DNA from: a virus
Length of the DNA stretch: 64,000 nt
Virus record (IMG/VR): IMGVR_UViG_3300008266_009503
Coordinates: 9,671 to 73,670 of that record
Direction: 5' to 3' (one strand)
Below are positions 44,504-55,223 of the stretch, one piece after another; positions within the stretch are counted from its first letter, which is position 1; each line of letters opens with the position of its first letter. Made by a program: the position numbers and the translations under genes. Below the pieces are notes generated by a model. That model did not search any database, was not told the origin of the DNA, and saw only the letters and a program-made list of their open reading frames with translations.

Positions 44504-47500
44504 TTAAAACTGTAGATTATTAGATTCATAAATAGAAAAATGCATTGGATCTTTCGACTTAAACCAACTCACTCCGTACTTGTTTAAGATCAAGGCAACT
44601 CTTTCAAATCCTCTGTTAAAATCATTCTGAGGTAAGCTATTCCATGAAACGTCATACCCGTACACACTAGCATTAATGTCAATAGCAAAGCCCCAAGCAT
44701 GAAAAGAGAGAGCTGTTCCGTTAGTTACGTTTCTAACAGCTAAACCTCCTGCTACGTCTACAATATACCTCTGAAGTCCTTGCTGACGCACTTCTGTAAA
44801 GGCAGGTACTAGTCTAGTAGCAAAGGCCGGACTTACCCTAACTGTAACGTCTCCTGTATTTGTTGGAATTGTTACATTTACTAACCTTGATAGATATGTT
44901 GGGTTTGGCTGTAACCAGTATCGGCTTCCTTCTATTCTAGCGATCTGGAAAGTACCGTCTGCTAACTGTACTGCAGGTAATACTCCACCTGTATATTGGT
45001 TAGCAAAAGCAATATCAGACTGCGATACAGGGTATCCATCCCCTATTACAAATCTTCCTTGATCTGTATCTAATTTTTTCTTTAATGCATTTTGTCTCTT
45101 GTTTACTTCTGTAACAACTGATACGGTTGAGACATCTCTTAGCTTAATCATCTGACCTCTAATCTTAGTAAGCCATTGATTATTTACAATACTATGAGAG
45201 AGTCCTGCGACAATAAAGCCTACTTTCGGCCTACCCGGTTCTCCCCTTAACGAAAGAGGTAACCTATCTTCCGGAATCGTAAAAGCGTTTCCTATCAGTA
45301 TACCTGCAATCCCGTCTATAGTGATTTCAAGATCAGCAGGAATAAACGGTGCAGCCGAAGTAACAGAGTCTTCTGATTTAGATTTAGAGATACATTCAAT
45401 ATAGTAATTCTTAGCTGCATCTACTTTATCGAAATCAAGATCAAAATTAGAATAAATACTCTCTACTAAAGCATTAAACTGTTCGGCTACTACCAAGTCG
45501 TTGTTCGTTTGGTCTGTAGATTTTTTCTCTACAGCCTTTGTAGCAGCATTACCGGAAACAGGATCTCCTGATCCTTCTGTGATATAGGGTTTAAACCTAT
45601 CTTGATAGGTAGCGTTTAAGTAGCTAAAGGAAGAGGGATCGGTAGCATTAATAGAACCTGTAGCTGCTTGTGCAGAGATAGCTACCATACTACCTAACTT
45701 AGTAGATACATTCGTTCTAAACTGAAAACTTCTAACTAAGCTCTGAAGACCGAAAACAGGTAATTCTCCTAGCCGTAGTTTACTTGTAGCGTTAACAGGA
45801 GTGTTTCTGTTTAGTATAGATACTTCACCAGCAGCACCCGGTACCCACTGATCGTCTTTTATCTGTACTGTATTCGAATCATCTCTATAGGCTACTCTAA
45901 ATAAATTTAAATTACCTAAACTCTTATTTACCTCTGTTAAAATAGCTTCAAGAAACGGCTGTAAGTTGACGGCATGGTCAGGACTTGAAGCAGTAAAACT
46001 ATTTGCAACTTTCATTAAAAAGTCAACATTCAATAAGATGTTCATCGTTTTACCCTGGTATGGATTCCCTGCTAAGGTTTTAAACTCAGGTAATTGTCCG
46101 GATAATTCATCTTCTTGCTTAGGTAAGAAAATTCCCTGTACAGCAGAAGAAACATTACTTGGAAAAATCTCTTTATAATCTTCGTTACTTCCTTGAAAAG
46201 GAATTAAGCATATTCTGGGGTCTATAGATAAATGCTGCGGGGAGGTAAGACAAAAGTTTGTATCGGGATTAAAATCGATATAAACGTACGGAGTCTTATC
46301 TGAACCTTGCGGTGAGTTGTTGGAACCTATCTTCTGTTTTGAATCGTAAATTAAACACATATTGTTTATAAACGCAAGAAGATACCCTAAACTAATGTAT
46401 ACCGGATACTCAATGTTCTCAGAAGTTTGATTACTTAGCTGATACTGTGTTAAGTATGCTCTACATAGCTTGTTAAAATCTACACTGCCTACTTGTCCAA
46501 ATAGTTCCGGAGTACTTAAAGCATCGGCTAATAAATTACTATTAAATCCTTTTTGGGCATAAGAAGTTAGGTTGAAAGGAGTCGTTCTAAAAATTTCTAC
46601 AGACGGTACCGGATTAAATACATTTTTTAATACTCCATCTTGGTAGAAAGCTTTAGTAGCAGAGACTAGATCTACAACAATTGTCTTTTTTGTAGCATTT
46701 TCTGCTAAAGTTGCTTGATTTAGGGATAAAGTCTTGACATAAGCTAGCATAACATGAAGTGCTGACTCATATCCTGGTGCTGCATCTGTTTGAGTGGCAG
46801 TAGCAGTATTTTCAGCTGCAGAAGTATCTCCGAGATTAGGAGTTTGAGTAGCTCTTACAGCAGGTAAGCTCTTAGTAATAGGCGGAAGAACTTTTTCAAT
46901 GAAAGCAGTATTATTAAAGGTAACGCTTATATTAGGAATAAAATCTCCTACCTTAATATCTAGCAAGTTACCCTGTACTACAATGTTAGATCTTTTATTC
47001 TTAAGATTAGGGTTAAGACCGTAATCTATTTTACCGAGAAGATCTTCATCTACGGTAGTATCAATCGTAGTAATACTTATTTTACGGCTACCTGAAAACC
47101 ATTTCTGCAAAGCCTCTATTAGCTGTTGACGTGTAGGCCTGAATCCGGTAGACTCTGCTGAAGGAGGTTGGTAATTTAGTACGAGAAAAAAAGTTTTTAA
47201 CTCTTCTACTCCTTGTGCATTTTTTACCCTAGTTACATACGATACTTTAAAAGCTATCCCAGAAGAAACAGGATCTACCAAGTTAATATTAGCTAAAACT
47301 CTAGTAAGTCCAGCTCCTAGTATGTTAGCTGCAGTAGAGAAAACAGGAAAAACCGGTTCATTCGGATCTACGTACAAATCACCAGACAGAAACCTATTTA
47401 CGGTACTTGCGATATTAGGAGTTGTACTAGTTCTGATAGTCTCATCATAGAGCTTAACAAAGTTATCCTCTCCTAAATTATTTTGCAGATTCACTCCTTC

Positions 47501-48826
47501 TGCTTCTATAAAAAACCGAGCTGCTTGATTTAACAGGGTAGCAGAAAGGGCTACGGGTGGTGAGTTTTCTGCAAAAACTACTTGCCAATCACTTCTAACA
47601 CCCGGGACAGGGTTTAAAAATAGTCCGGTATACTTAGTATTAAGCTCTCTTACGTAAGGTACACTGTTACTGGTACCTCCTTTTTGTGCTCTATAAAAAT
47701 AATCAAAAACGTTATTAGTAACGGTTAGACTAGGTTGATAAGAAACAGGGTAAGAAACTACTTCTAAGAAAGATTGCTCGTTCTGAGTAACGGCATTACC
47801 TCCTCTATCATTTTTAAAGATATACTGGTAGATTTGCGAAGGGTTACTCGGCACAGCAGGCGGGGAAGGAGGTAATCCCTGTCCTTGTCTCTCTCTAGCA
47901 AGCCTGTCTTCTTCGGCTGCAATAGCTTTTCTCTGTATTTCAGCTTCGATAGATTGAGTAGCTTTTTTAAACTCTTTAACTAACCCAGAGGGCATTTTAT
48001 AGGATTGATTAATTCTTACCGTATCGATAATAGAGCCAAGCCCTACAATCTTTACACTACAATCATATCCTCCTTCTTGATTAAAAGACCAAGTAAAGTT
48101 AGAAACAATACCTAACATTCCGTCGTAGTTACCGCTCAACTCTTTTGACTTTTTAGTAATTTTTTGCTGAACAGTTGCCTTATCTGTACCTACTGCAAAA
48201 GGATCGTCTAATCCAAAAGTATTAGTAGCTATTTCAAATTTTCCTCCCGGTGTATTGACAGTAGGGTTGTTAAAAAATTGAGTATGTCCCCATTCTAGTA
48301 ACATTGAATATCCTAGCCTAAAATATAAAGCTTCAACTATGTTAAGTTGATTCATATTCCAGACCTTAAAGTTGATCATAGCTTGTCTTAGAGATCCTAA
48401 TCTTCCTGCTGTTTCAACTTCTACTGTGGTAAGTCCGGGCATTGGTCTATACCCGAGTTCTTCAATACCTCCTAATCCGTAAGCTCCTTCTGCCCCTATT
48501 CCCGATCTTAAAGCTATACCTTGACCTGTTCCTATAGAAGTACCTCCTTGTAAGATCCAGTTCTTCGCTAAATCTTCAGGCTTTGTATAAGTAGAACCCA
48601 GACCCAAAGTCTTATAAAACTCAGTTAAAGGTTTTGTGTTGGCAGAATCGCCTACATTTATGTTAACAGAAGAAATGAGTCTAGCCCATCCTGTTTTATT
48701 CGCTAAAAACAAAACCTCTTCATTACTTCTCTGAGAAGTGCTGTTACGTGTAGCTCTTATGTAGAGTTGATCTAAAACATAATTACTAAATGGAGCTCCT
48801 ATTACATTAGATAACTTCTCAGCCAT
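44504..48826 (-). CDS. Large baseplate hub protein with C-terminal M15 peptidoglycan peptidase
   Basis: LLEWG, NYD.MLG.V.NF.W, hub-like C-terminal strands; SFHAWGFAIDIN...DPMHF (SxH..G.A.D...H). Confidence 0.75.
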   Translation of the reverse strand: MAEKLSNVIGAPFSNYVLDQLYIRATRNSTSQRSNEEVLFLANKTGWARLISSVNINVGDSANTKPLTEFYKTLGLGSTYTKPEDLAKNWILQGGTSIGTGQGIALRSGIGAEGAYGLGGIEELGYRPMPGLTTVEVETAGRLGSLRQAMINFKVWNMNQLNIVEALYFRLGYSMLLEWGHTQFFNNPTVNTPGGKFEIATNTFGLDDPFAVGTDKATVQQKITKKSKELSGNYDGMLGIVSNFTWSFNQEGGYDCSVKIVGLGSIIDTVRINQSYKMPSGLVKEFKKATQSIEAEIQRKAIAAEEDRLARERQGQGLPPSPPAVPSNPSQIYQYIFKNDRGGNAVTQNEQSFLEVVSYPVSYQPSLTVTNNVFDYFYRAQKGGTSNSVPYVRELNTKYTGLFLNPVPGVRSDWQVVFAENSPPVALSATLLNQAARFFIEAEGVNLQNNLGEDNFVKLYDETIRTSTTPNIASTVNRFLSGDLYVDPNEPVFPVFSTAANILGAGLTRVLANINLVDPVSSGIAFKVSYVTRVKNAQGVEELKTFFLVLNYQPPSAESTGFRPTRQQLIEALQKWFSGSRKISITTIDTTVDEDLLGKIDYGLNPNLKNKRSNIVVQGNLLDIKVGDFIPNISVTFNNTAFIEKVLPPITKSLPAVRATQTPNLGDTSAAENTATATQTDAAPGYESALHVMLAYVKTLSLNQATLAENATKKTIVVDLVSATKAFYQDGVLKNVFNPVPSVEIFRTTPFNLTSYAQKGFNSNLLADALSTPELFGQVGSVDFNKLCRAYLTQYQLSNQTSENIEYPVYISLGYLLAFINNMCLIYDSKQKIGSNNSPQGSDKTPYVYIDFNPDTNFCLTSPQHLSIDPRICLIPFQGSNEDYKEIFPSNVSSAVQGIFLPKQEDELSGQLPEFKTLAGNPYQGKTMNILLNVDFLMKVANSFTASSPDHAVNLQPFLEAILTEVNKSLGNLNLFRVAYRDDSNTVQIKDDQWVPGAAGEVSILNRNTPVNATSKLRLGELPVFGLQSLVRSFQFRTNVSTKLGSMVAISAQAATGSINATDPSSFSYLNATYQDRFKPYITEGSGDPVSGNAATKAVEKKSTDQTNNDLVVAEQFNALVESIYSNFDLDFDKVDAAKNYYIECISKSKSEDSVTSAAPFIPADLEITIDGIAGILIGNAFTIPEDRLPLSLRGEPGRPKVGFIVAGLSHSIVNNQWLTKIRGQMIKLRDVSTVSVVTEVNKRQNALKKKLDTDQGRFVIGDGYPVSQSDIAFANQYTGGVLPAVQLADGTFQIARIEGSRYWLQPNPTYLSRLVNVTIPTNTGDVTVRVSPAFATRLVPAFTEVRQQGLQRYIVDVAGGLAVRNVTNGTALSFHAWGFAIDINASVYGYDVSWNSLPQNDFNRGFERVALILNKYGVSWFKSKDPMHFSIYESNNLQF

Positions 48827-49124
48827 TATTTTCTATATTATAAGAACTTAAAACTCTTTGAACGTCTGTTGGAATTCTTAACTGTATACCAATGGGCGGG
48901 TAGATTGAATCCCCCGGAAGAGCATTAGCAGAAGCTATGATCCACCATAGACTTGAGTCTTGGTAAAAATCATATGCAAGTAAGTCAAGCCTGTCTTCTG
49001 CTGTTGTAATAACATAGTAATCGGTGTCGGTCGGTGTAATGGAAGGATAAATATTATTCCTATAATACAGACTTCCTGTTCCGTCTAATTTGACTATCGG
49101 TATGTTCTGATATCTTGATGCCAT
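48819..49124 (-). CDS. LysM-like baseplate wedge/tail protein
   Basis: DRLDLLAY.FY.D..LWWIIA.AN...G.QLRIP. Confidence 0.85.
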   Translation of the reverse strand: MASRYQNIPIVKLDGTGSLYYRNNIYPSITPTDTDYYVITTAEDRLDLLAYDFYQDSSLWWIIASANALPGDSIYPPIGIQLRIPTDVQRVLSSYNIENNG

Positions 49125-49134
49125 AAGTTAAAAT

Positions 49135-51225
49135 TTAAAAACCACCTCCAAACTGTCCAGGAGCTCCCTCTGGTCTAAACCGGTTTACATTACTTCTAGT
49201 AGGAGTGGGTTGAGAGGGAGTTCTTCCTGGTTGATTTGTTAATCCAATACCATACGCAGGACCTTGTGGGATAAAACCTTGCTTAGCTTTTGCATTTGCT
49301 TTAGCTGCTGCTTGTTTATTTGCTTTATTGACTACTGCTTTTTTCTTTGTAGCAGTATCAGCAGAATTAGCCCCTACCTGTATGGCAGGAATTCTCACAT
49401 CTTCGTCTACAATGACTATTTCATCCTCCTGTGGGATCGGAATTTGCGGTGTAGGAGTCTTGTCTACAATGTTACCCATAAAGATATCTTTCTCTACATT
49501 ACCTATTAAGGATACACGCGGGTTAGCCATTGTTACCCTGGATGGTAAAATGTCCATAATAGGTCTAAAAGAACAGTATACAGTAACCATGTGAGGTAGC
49601 TGTGCTACATCGGATTCAACTAGCGGACCGTATAACTGTATCTCCCACGGAGTATTACTGTTATCAATAGTAATAGAAATATTCTCTAAAAATCCTGGCA
49701 TTCTATAAATATAATCTCCAATCGTCAATCTAACAACAGATCCTCTCATTAACTTAGATTGTGGAGAGTAGTCTGGGTATAGCTGTGATAATAAAGTATT
49801 AAGCTTAGTATAGAGAGGTCTTACTTCTTCACGTGTTTGTGCAAAAACTTTAAAACTAAATCCAATAGTTCTATCAAAGCCTTGATATGTCCTAAAAGTT
49901 TCACCCCTACCTAAATACTTAAAAGAGTCAAACTCCGCTGAATTACTATCTGAGATTTGTCCTTCAAGAAAAGCTCTAAAGATTAAAGCTACTGCGTAGT
50001 CTGGATTGTCATTAGACATACACTCGAAAGCAAACTTTATAATATCTTTCGTATCATTACCTCCTGCTGTCCAAGGGGTTTCAGTGCTGGCATTATAGTA
50101 AAAAGGATTTACCTTATTTAATAAATCTACACCTCCAGGCTTGGCAAAAAGAGGGTTAGTTTCTCGTAGAGGTTCTCCTGGATTACCTATACCTAATCCT
50201 CCTGCAAGACCGTCGTATGGTTTTGCAATATTGTAAAGAGTATAATCAGTCCAAGGAATAACAGGACTACCGTTATTAGTTTGACTTCTAAAGTCCTGTA
50301 TTGCAGCTTGAGTAGGAGATACAGGGTTAGTTGTACGAGTATCTTGATCAGCTAACTGCTGATAGGTTAATGCAATAGCAGAATATGGACGAGAAACTCC
50401 TACCGGGGTTGGATCTCCGCCAATAGTAAATCCTACTGTATTATTGTCTAAAAAATTGGTAGCTTCTGTATTAGAGTATCTAAAAATTCTAGTATTTCCA
50501 ATACCGTAGACAGATCCAGGACCTCCGGGGTAGTTAAATAGTTGATTACTTATAGGAGAAATACCTAGCTCTTCAATCTTATCTACAGCTACTCCAATAT
50601 CAATAATATCTCCCCTTGTAGGTGCAAAGCCGCTTAAGTTTCCTAGCTTTAAAGACTTTAAAATAAGTAACCTATTAGTAGAGGCAGTATTATTTTGCGG
50701 TGCTCCGGCAATATATTCGTAGGTTTGTTGTAAACTTTCTGTTATTGTTGGAACGACTCCTTGTCTATTAAAATGTGCTCCTGTTCCCTGTACTTGTACC
50801 TGGGCTAAAGTGTTTAAAGGGTTATAAGTCTGCGTAACAGGTAGTACAGCATTGCCTAGTACACTACCTGCAAATTGTATAGTGTTAGGTACTTGAGTTC
50901 TGGGATTGGTTAACTGTAATCCTACCTGTTTTTGGATAAAAGCAGTACCGCGTGGAGCGTCTTTAAAAAATTTTTGAATCCTCTCTCTATCCACCGTTGC
51001 AGTAACAGCAGAAAAAGCTCCATCCACTAGTGCTGATATTGCACCCCCTCTAATTGGAAAATCTAAACCAGTTCTATTAATCTCATAGTACCTTCTTGTA
51101 GCAGAAGGAGTGTTAGGACCTTCAATAGGGTTTTGAATATAGGGTTGCCCGCTATACCCTCCTCCTGGTTGATCAAGTCCGTACTTGAGGCTAGTTAAAT
51201 TCGTTTTAAAGTCTATTAATGGCAT
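49135..51225 (-). CDS. Baseplate / tail-tube initiator-like protein
   Basis: FRAFL...SD......Y.GRGE.F.TY.GF.R...F; LTIGD...PG...PWEI...LP. Confidence 0.65.
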   Translation of the reverse strand: MPLIDFKTNLTSLKYGLDQPGGGYSGQPYIQNPIEGPNTPSATRRYYEINRTGLDFPIRGGAISALVDGAFSAVTATVDRERIQKFFKDAPRGTAFIQKQVGLQLTNPRTQVPNTIQFAGSVLGNAVLPVTQTYNPLNTLAQVQVQGTGAHFNRQGVVPTITESLQQTYEYIAGAPQNNTASTNRLLILKSLKLGNLSGFAPTRGDIIDIGVAVDKIEELGISPISNQLFNYPGGPGSVYGIGNTRIFRYSNTEATNFLDNNTVGFTIGGDPTPVGVSRPYSAIALTYQQLADQDTRTTNPVSPTQAAIQDFRSQTNNGSPVIPWTDYTLYNIAKPYDGLAGGLGIGNPGEPLRETNPLFAKPGGVDLLNKVNPFYYNASTETPWTAGGNDTKDIIKFAFECMSNDNPDYAVALIFRAFLEGQISDSNSAEFDSFKYLGRGETFRTYQGFDRTIGFSFKVFAQTREEVRPLYTKLNTLLSQLYPDYSPQSKLMRGSVVRLTIGDYIYRMPGFLENISITIDNSNTPWEIQLYGPLVESDVAQLPHMVTVYCSFRPIMDILPSRVTMANPRVSLIGNVEKDIFMGNIVDKTPTPQIPIPQEDEIVIVDEDVRIPAIQVGANSADTATKKKAVVNKANKQAAAKANAKAKQGFIPQGPAYGIGLTNQPGRTPSQPTPTRSNVNRFRPEGAPGQFGGGF

Positions 51226-51226
51226 A

Positions 51227-51457
51227 TTACTTGGCTGGTGAAGATCTTAGAAAATCGAGGTAAGTAGGTTGCGCAACACTATTAGTACTAATGTCAATCG
51301 GACTCTGTATAGGAGGTATAGCACGAGATGTTATAGGGACTTGTACCCCTCTCTCTACTAAAGATACATTATCAGGAGTTCCTTCAAATACACCTGTAGG
51401 GTTGGTTAGCCCCTGTTTACTAAGTTTTGAAGTTTTTATTTGATCAAGGATAGCCAT
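51227..51457 (-). CDS. Small hypothetical virion protein
   Basis: Packed between the tape measure and baseplate genes. Confidence 0.55.
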   Translation of the reverse strand: MAILDQIKTSKLSKQGLTNPTGVFEGTPDNVSLVERGVQVPITSRAIPPIQSPIDISTNSVAQPTYLDFLRSSPAK

Positions 51458-51459
51458 AG

Positions 51460-53763
51460 TTATTTAAGATTAGTTTGAAACATACCTGGGACTCTATTAA
51501 CAACCTGTTTTGCAATTACTTCACCGTCTACTACCATGTATACAGTCGTGGTTTGGTTACCAGTAGTGGTCGGGATTGGTCCATAGGCTGCAGCAGGTGC
51601 AACCGTTTCTCCTCTAGCCCCTCTCTCTAATACCGATCCTACAGAAGGTGCAGCAGTTCCTTCTACAGCAGAAGTAGCAGCAGTAATACCGCTAGCAAAA
51701 CCTGCCGCACCAGACCTTACCGAAGAAGCTAGACCTCTTAATTTTGTTGCTCTATCTTCACTAAAAAAGCCAGTAATGTCGGCCATTAGTTCTACAATTC
51801 CTGCTACAAGTTCACCTACCATGTTAACAGCACCTGCTAATCTATTCATAAGTCCTGTTATAAATCCTTGAATCTTATCTGGATTGGTAATAAAATCTAA
51901 AATACCAGACTTTTCAACAAACTCAACAAAAGTTGTTTTGATTCTGTTCATCAACTCGGCAAGACGTTCAGCAGTAGAAGTTTGCGTAATGTAATTATAA
52001 GCGTCTTCTCCAATTCTCTTACTAATTTCTTCCTGCGTTAGTCCTTTTTCTTTTAGAGCTTTTAATTCTTTCTGTGCTTGATCTAAATTAGTAGCACCTA
52101 ACTTTCTATAGTAGTCTTGTTGTTTTAGAACATCCGCTAAACCATCTCTAGTCATACCAACAGATTCTGCAATTGCTTCTTGCTGAATTCTATTCATTCT
52201 TAAGTACTCGTCTGTACTACCTATTTGGGATGTGATTTCTCTAGCTACAGTTACAAGATCGTTATTTAGGGCAGCTTCCCGGGCTTTTGTTAAATTTAAT
52301 TCTTTTCCTGTTAAAATTTGAGCTTCTATTTCTTTAGAGATACTACTTTCAAAATCTAGAAAACTACTAGCTATACCGTCAAGCTGTTTAAGCTCAATAC
52401 CCATAGCTTTTGTAGTCATTAAGGCTTTTGTTAATTTTTCTGGATACTTTGTAAAAGTCAATCCCAATACTCCGGCCTGTTTTGAAGCCTCTCCCAGTAT
52501 TTGCCTATATTCAAAAGCAACACCTGTTTGAAATTCAAAAGCTTTAGACTGTGCAAGAACATTCTTTGTTAACTGTGTAGCACTCCTGCCTTGAATTACG
52601 CTAGTTTGTGCAATAGCTTTTCTAGTCTCTAACTCAAGACCTGCTATCTCTTTTAACTTAATATTATTTTCAAGAATATCTCCTGAAAGTTGATTTCTAA
52701 CACCAAGAGCTCTAGTTAATTCAACTTGAGACTCCATTAATCTAGTCTCGTTGACTACTATGTTATCACTAGCCTTAGCTATTGCTCTAAAGTCTTCTTT
52801 TACTGCTTTGGCTTGATCTTTTGAAATACCGAGGTTACGAGCAAAATTAGTTATACCCTGATCAAGGCCTAAAACAAGGTCAGCGATGCCTTTAAAGATT
52901 CCTATCAAGCCTCCAAGCAATCCTCCTATGAAAGGTATTTTGCTAGCTATTTCTTGAAATCCTCCTAATATACTTGTTGCACCTGTACCTGATATTGCTC
53001 CTCCGCCTACGCCATAACCTCCCCCTATTCCTCCTGATACTAGCCCTGATACTTGTTGTAAGGGCCCTGCAAGAGAGGTAAGAATTAATTTACCGATTCC
53101 TAAAAGTGTATTTTTAATTCCCTGTACAACAGTTACTAACCCTGCCGCTAAAGCACCGTAAGGACCTCCTGCAGCAGCTCCTGCAGCAGCGGCACCAGTA
53201 ACACCGCCTCTTCCACCACCGCCGCCGGCATTGCCTCCGCCTCCTGCTCTTGCACGAGCTATGTCTATGTCTCTCTGCCTGGCTTCCTTACTTCTAAATA
53301 AATCAGCAATCCTACCGGTAATGGTCCGCTGTTTATTAATATCCTTAATTAAGTCCCTTTCAGCAGTTAAGGCTCTTCTAGTAGCATCGGCTTGAGTTTT
53401 CCGAGCAGCTAGCATACCTCCTTCTGTCTTAGCTAAATCTTTTAACTTGGCTTGTTGCTCATTAAGCATTCTCTTGGCTTGCCTAGCAACTTGATTATTT
53501 CCGTTTCTCTTAGCTTGAATTAAGCTTTCCTCTAAATTCTTTATGACATTTAACTTCCCTTGATATTGAACTGCATTCCGGGCCTGTTCTCCTTGGAGTT
53601 TGTTTATAGCTTTATCGAAAACTTCTTGCTCTTTAGCAGCATCTTTGATCTTTCCCCTTAACCTGAGTATATTAGTCCAGGCGAGTTGTTCACGTTCTAG
53701 TCTTTCGACCCGTGATCTCTGTTCTCTTTCTTCCGGAGTTAGTGGATTTTGTGATAATGACAT
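51460..53763 (-). CDS. Tape measure protein
   Basis: Helical, Ala/Gly-rich; LDFESSI..E.EA..LTGK.LNL.KAR.AAL; follows the chaperone pair. Confidence 0.8.
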   Translation of the reverse strand: MSLSQNPLTPEEREQRSRVERLEREQLAWTNILRLRGKIKDAAKEQEVFDKAINKLQGEQARNAVQYQGKLNVIKNLEESLIQAKRNGNNQVARQAKRMLNEQQAKLKDLAKTEGGMLAARKTQADATRRALTAERDLIKDINKQRTITGRIADLFRSKEARQRDIDIARARAGGGGNAGGGGGRGGVTGAAAAGAAAGGPYGALAAGLVTVVQGIKNTLLGIGKLILTSLAGPLQQVSGLVSGGIGGGYGVGGGAISGTGATSILGGFQEIASKIPFIGGLLGGLIGIFKGIADLVLGLDQGITNFARNLGISKDQAKAVKEDFRAIAKASDNIVVNETRLMESQVELTRALGVRNQLSGDILENNIKLKEIAGLELETRKAIAQTSVIQGRSATQLTKNVLAQSKAFEFQTGVAFEYRQILGEASKQAGVLGLTFTKYPEKLTKALMTTKAMGIELKQLDGIASSFLDFESSISKEIEAQILTGKELNLTKAREAALNNDLVTVAREITSQIGSTDEYLRMNRIQQEAIAESVGMTRDGLADVLKQQDYYRKLGATNLDQAQKELKALKEKGLTQEEISKRIGEDAYNYITQTSTAERLAELMNRIKTTFVEFVEKSGILDFITNPDKIQGFITGLMNRLAGAVNMVGELVAGIVELMADITGFFSEDRATKLRGLASSVRSGAAGFASGITAATSAVEGTAAPSVGSVLERGARGETVAPAAAYGPIPTTTGNQTTTVYMVVDGEVIAKQVVNRVPGMFQTNLK

Positions 53764-53798
53764 AAGACTACAACGTTACTGTACAAATAAATAGCTAC

Positions 53799-54032
53799 TT
53801 ACTTCTTTTTTACCTTAGACGTATAGGTAGGTGTGACGTCTTGAGATTTGATCCCCGGTTTAGCAAGTAAGGGCTTATCTGCCGTAACTGTTTGTCTCTC
53901 ATTACGGATCTCTTGTAGCTTTTCTAGATGCTCGGTAATAAACTTGATGTTGAGTCGTCTTTCAGCCACAGGCATATCCATGACTTCAGACCATGAAAAC
54001 CCGCCACCACCGTGGTAGGTAAGTTCAAACAC
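53799..54032 (-). CDS. Tail assembly chaperone, downstream (frameshift) part
   Basis: Frame is open back to the T9 run; YHG.GGF.W.EV..MP...R. Confidence 0.7.
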   Translation of the reverse strand: MFELTYHGGGGFSWSEVMDMPVAERRLNIKFITEHLEKLQEIRNERQTVTADKPLLAKPGIKSQDVTPTYTSKVKKK

Positions 54033-54057
54033 CTCTCTCTTAAATACCTGGCGGTAT

Positions 54058-54810
54058 TCAACTCCCGGGAAAAAAAAATTCCGCCGTAAGCGGGAGGCTC
54101 TCCTCTACCTCTTTACCGTTGGATAGGGTAAAGTTAACAGTTAAATCGATATCTGGAGTGAGATTTGTCATATAAGCTCTTAGTGGACTAGAATCCTTAG
54201 CTATGAGGTAGTTGTCTACAAAATCTCGTACGTTCTTTGCTTCGTAATCACTGTTTACTGATAGAATCTGCTTTTTTAACCTGGTTGTAATTTCACCGGC
54301 AGTTAAATTAGCTTTTTTCAATCCTTTCAACTCAGCTTCAATAGCTTTTTCGTCTTCAATAGTAAGAAGCTTAAATGTAACTGTGTTTTTAGAATACGGT
54401 AACTCAAAAGCAAATTCATTCTTGGCGTTATATAACGAATAATCAACTTCTTTGTTCTTCAATGACTGCAAATCTACAGTAACTTTTTCTTTCCTATCGT
54501 CCTCTCCATCATAATACTCAAAACTGTAAGAAGAACCATAAGCTAAGATACGAGCTGCTACTAAGAGAGCATTCCTGTCTCCCAGTAATAGATCTTCATA
54601 TTTAATGGGGGATTTAATCAAAGACTGTAACATCTTTTCAATAGCGATCCCTTGTTTTAACAGGTTTACATTAGTGAGAATGTCTTCTTCTCGTGCTGTC
54701 ATATACTTCATATCGACAGTACCGGAAGACAGGGGGTTTGTGAGGTCGTAAACTTTACCTTTAGAAGGCAATTCAATTACTTCGGTGGGAAGTGTAAACT
54801 TTTCAGCCAT
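54058..54810 (-). CDS. Tail assembly chaperone / gp26-like protein
   Basis: LPSKG..Y, MTAREEDIL, GDRNALL.AARI..YG; ends EFFFPGS. Confidence 0.75.
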   Translation of the reverse strand: MAEKFTLPTEVIELPSKGKVYDLTNPLSSGTVDMKYMTAREEDILTNVNLLKQGIAIEKMLQSLIKSPIKYEDLLLGDRNALLVAARILAYGSSYSFEYYDGEDDRKEKVTVDLQSLKNKEVDYSLYNAKNEFAFELPYSKNTVTFKLLTIEDEKAIEAELKGLKKANLTAGEITTRLKKQILSVNSDYEAKNVRDFVDNYLIAKDSSPLRAYMTNLTPDIDLTVNFTLSNGKEVEESLPLTAEFFFPGS

Positions 54811-54849
54811 AATCTTAATTTATTATATATACATAAATATATAGAGTCT

Positions 54850-55167
54850 CTACTTTCTAAGTAGATCGCGAATAAATCCTTTAAAATACCGGTAAGCATC
54901 AGTCAGGATCAAGTAACAGACTACACTTACAGTAATATAAGTAATAAAGAAGAACGTCCAAGTAAGCCAAAAGCCGTCTATAGGACCAGATTGATAATTT
55001 TCTATAAAAACCATCCAAAATATAGCAGATATTGTAGCACCTACACTAATCCAGAATAATCCTTTAAGTAGAGTCCAGATAATAAACAACTCTAACCAGA
55101 AAATTCTTATAAAAATAGCTAAAACACCGACGATTAGCAATCCGATAAAGAAGGTAGATATTGACAT
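54850..55167 (-). CDS. Membrane protein inserted in the tail operon
   Basis: Three TM segments; has its own host-type promoter motif and lies downstream of a terminator. Confidence 0.65.
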   Translation of the reverse strand: MSISTFFIGLLIVGVLAIFIRIFWLELFIIWTLLKGLFWISVGATISAIFWMVFIENYQSGPIDGFWLTWTFFFITYITVSVVCYLILTDAYRYFKGFIRDLLRK

Positions 55168-55223
55168 AACTTTTATTTTACCTAAAAATATGTAATTTCC
55201 ACATAAATAACAACTTTTAACAT

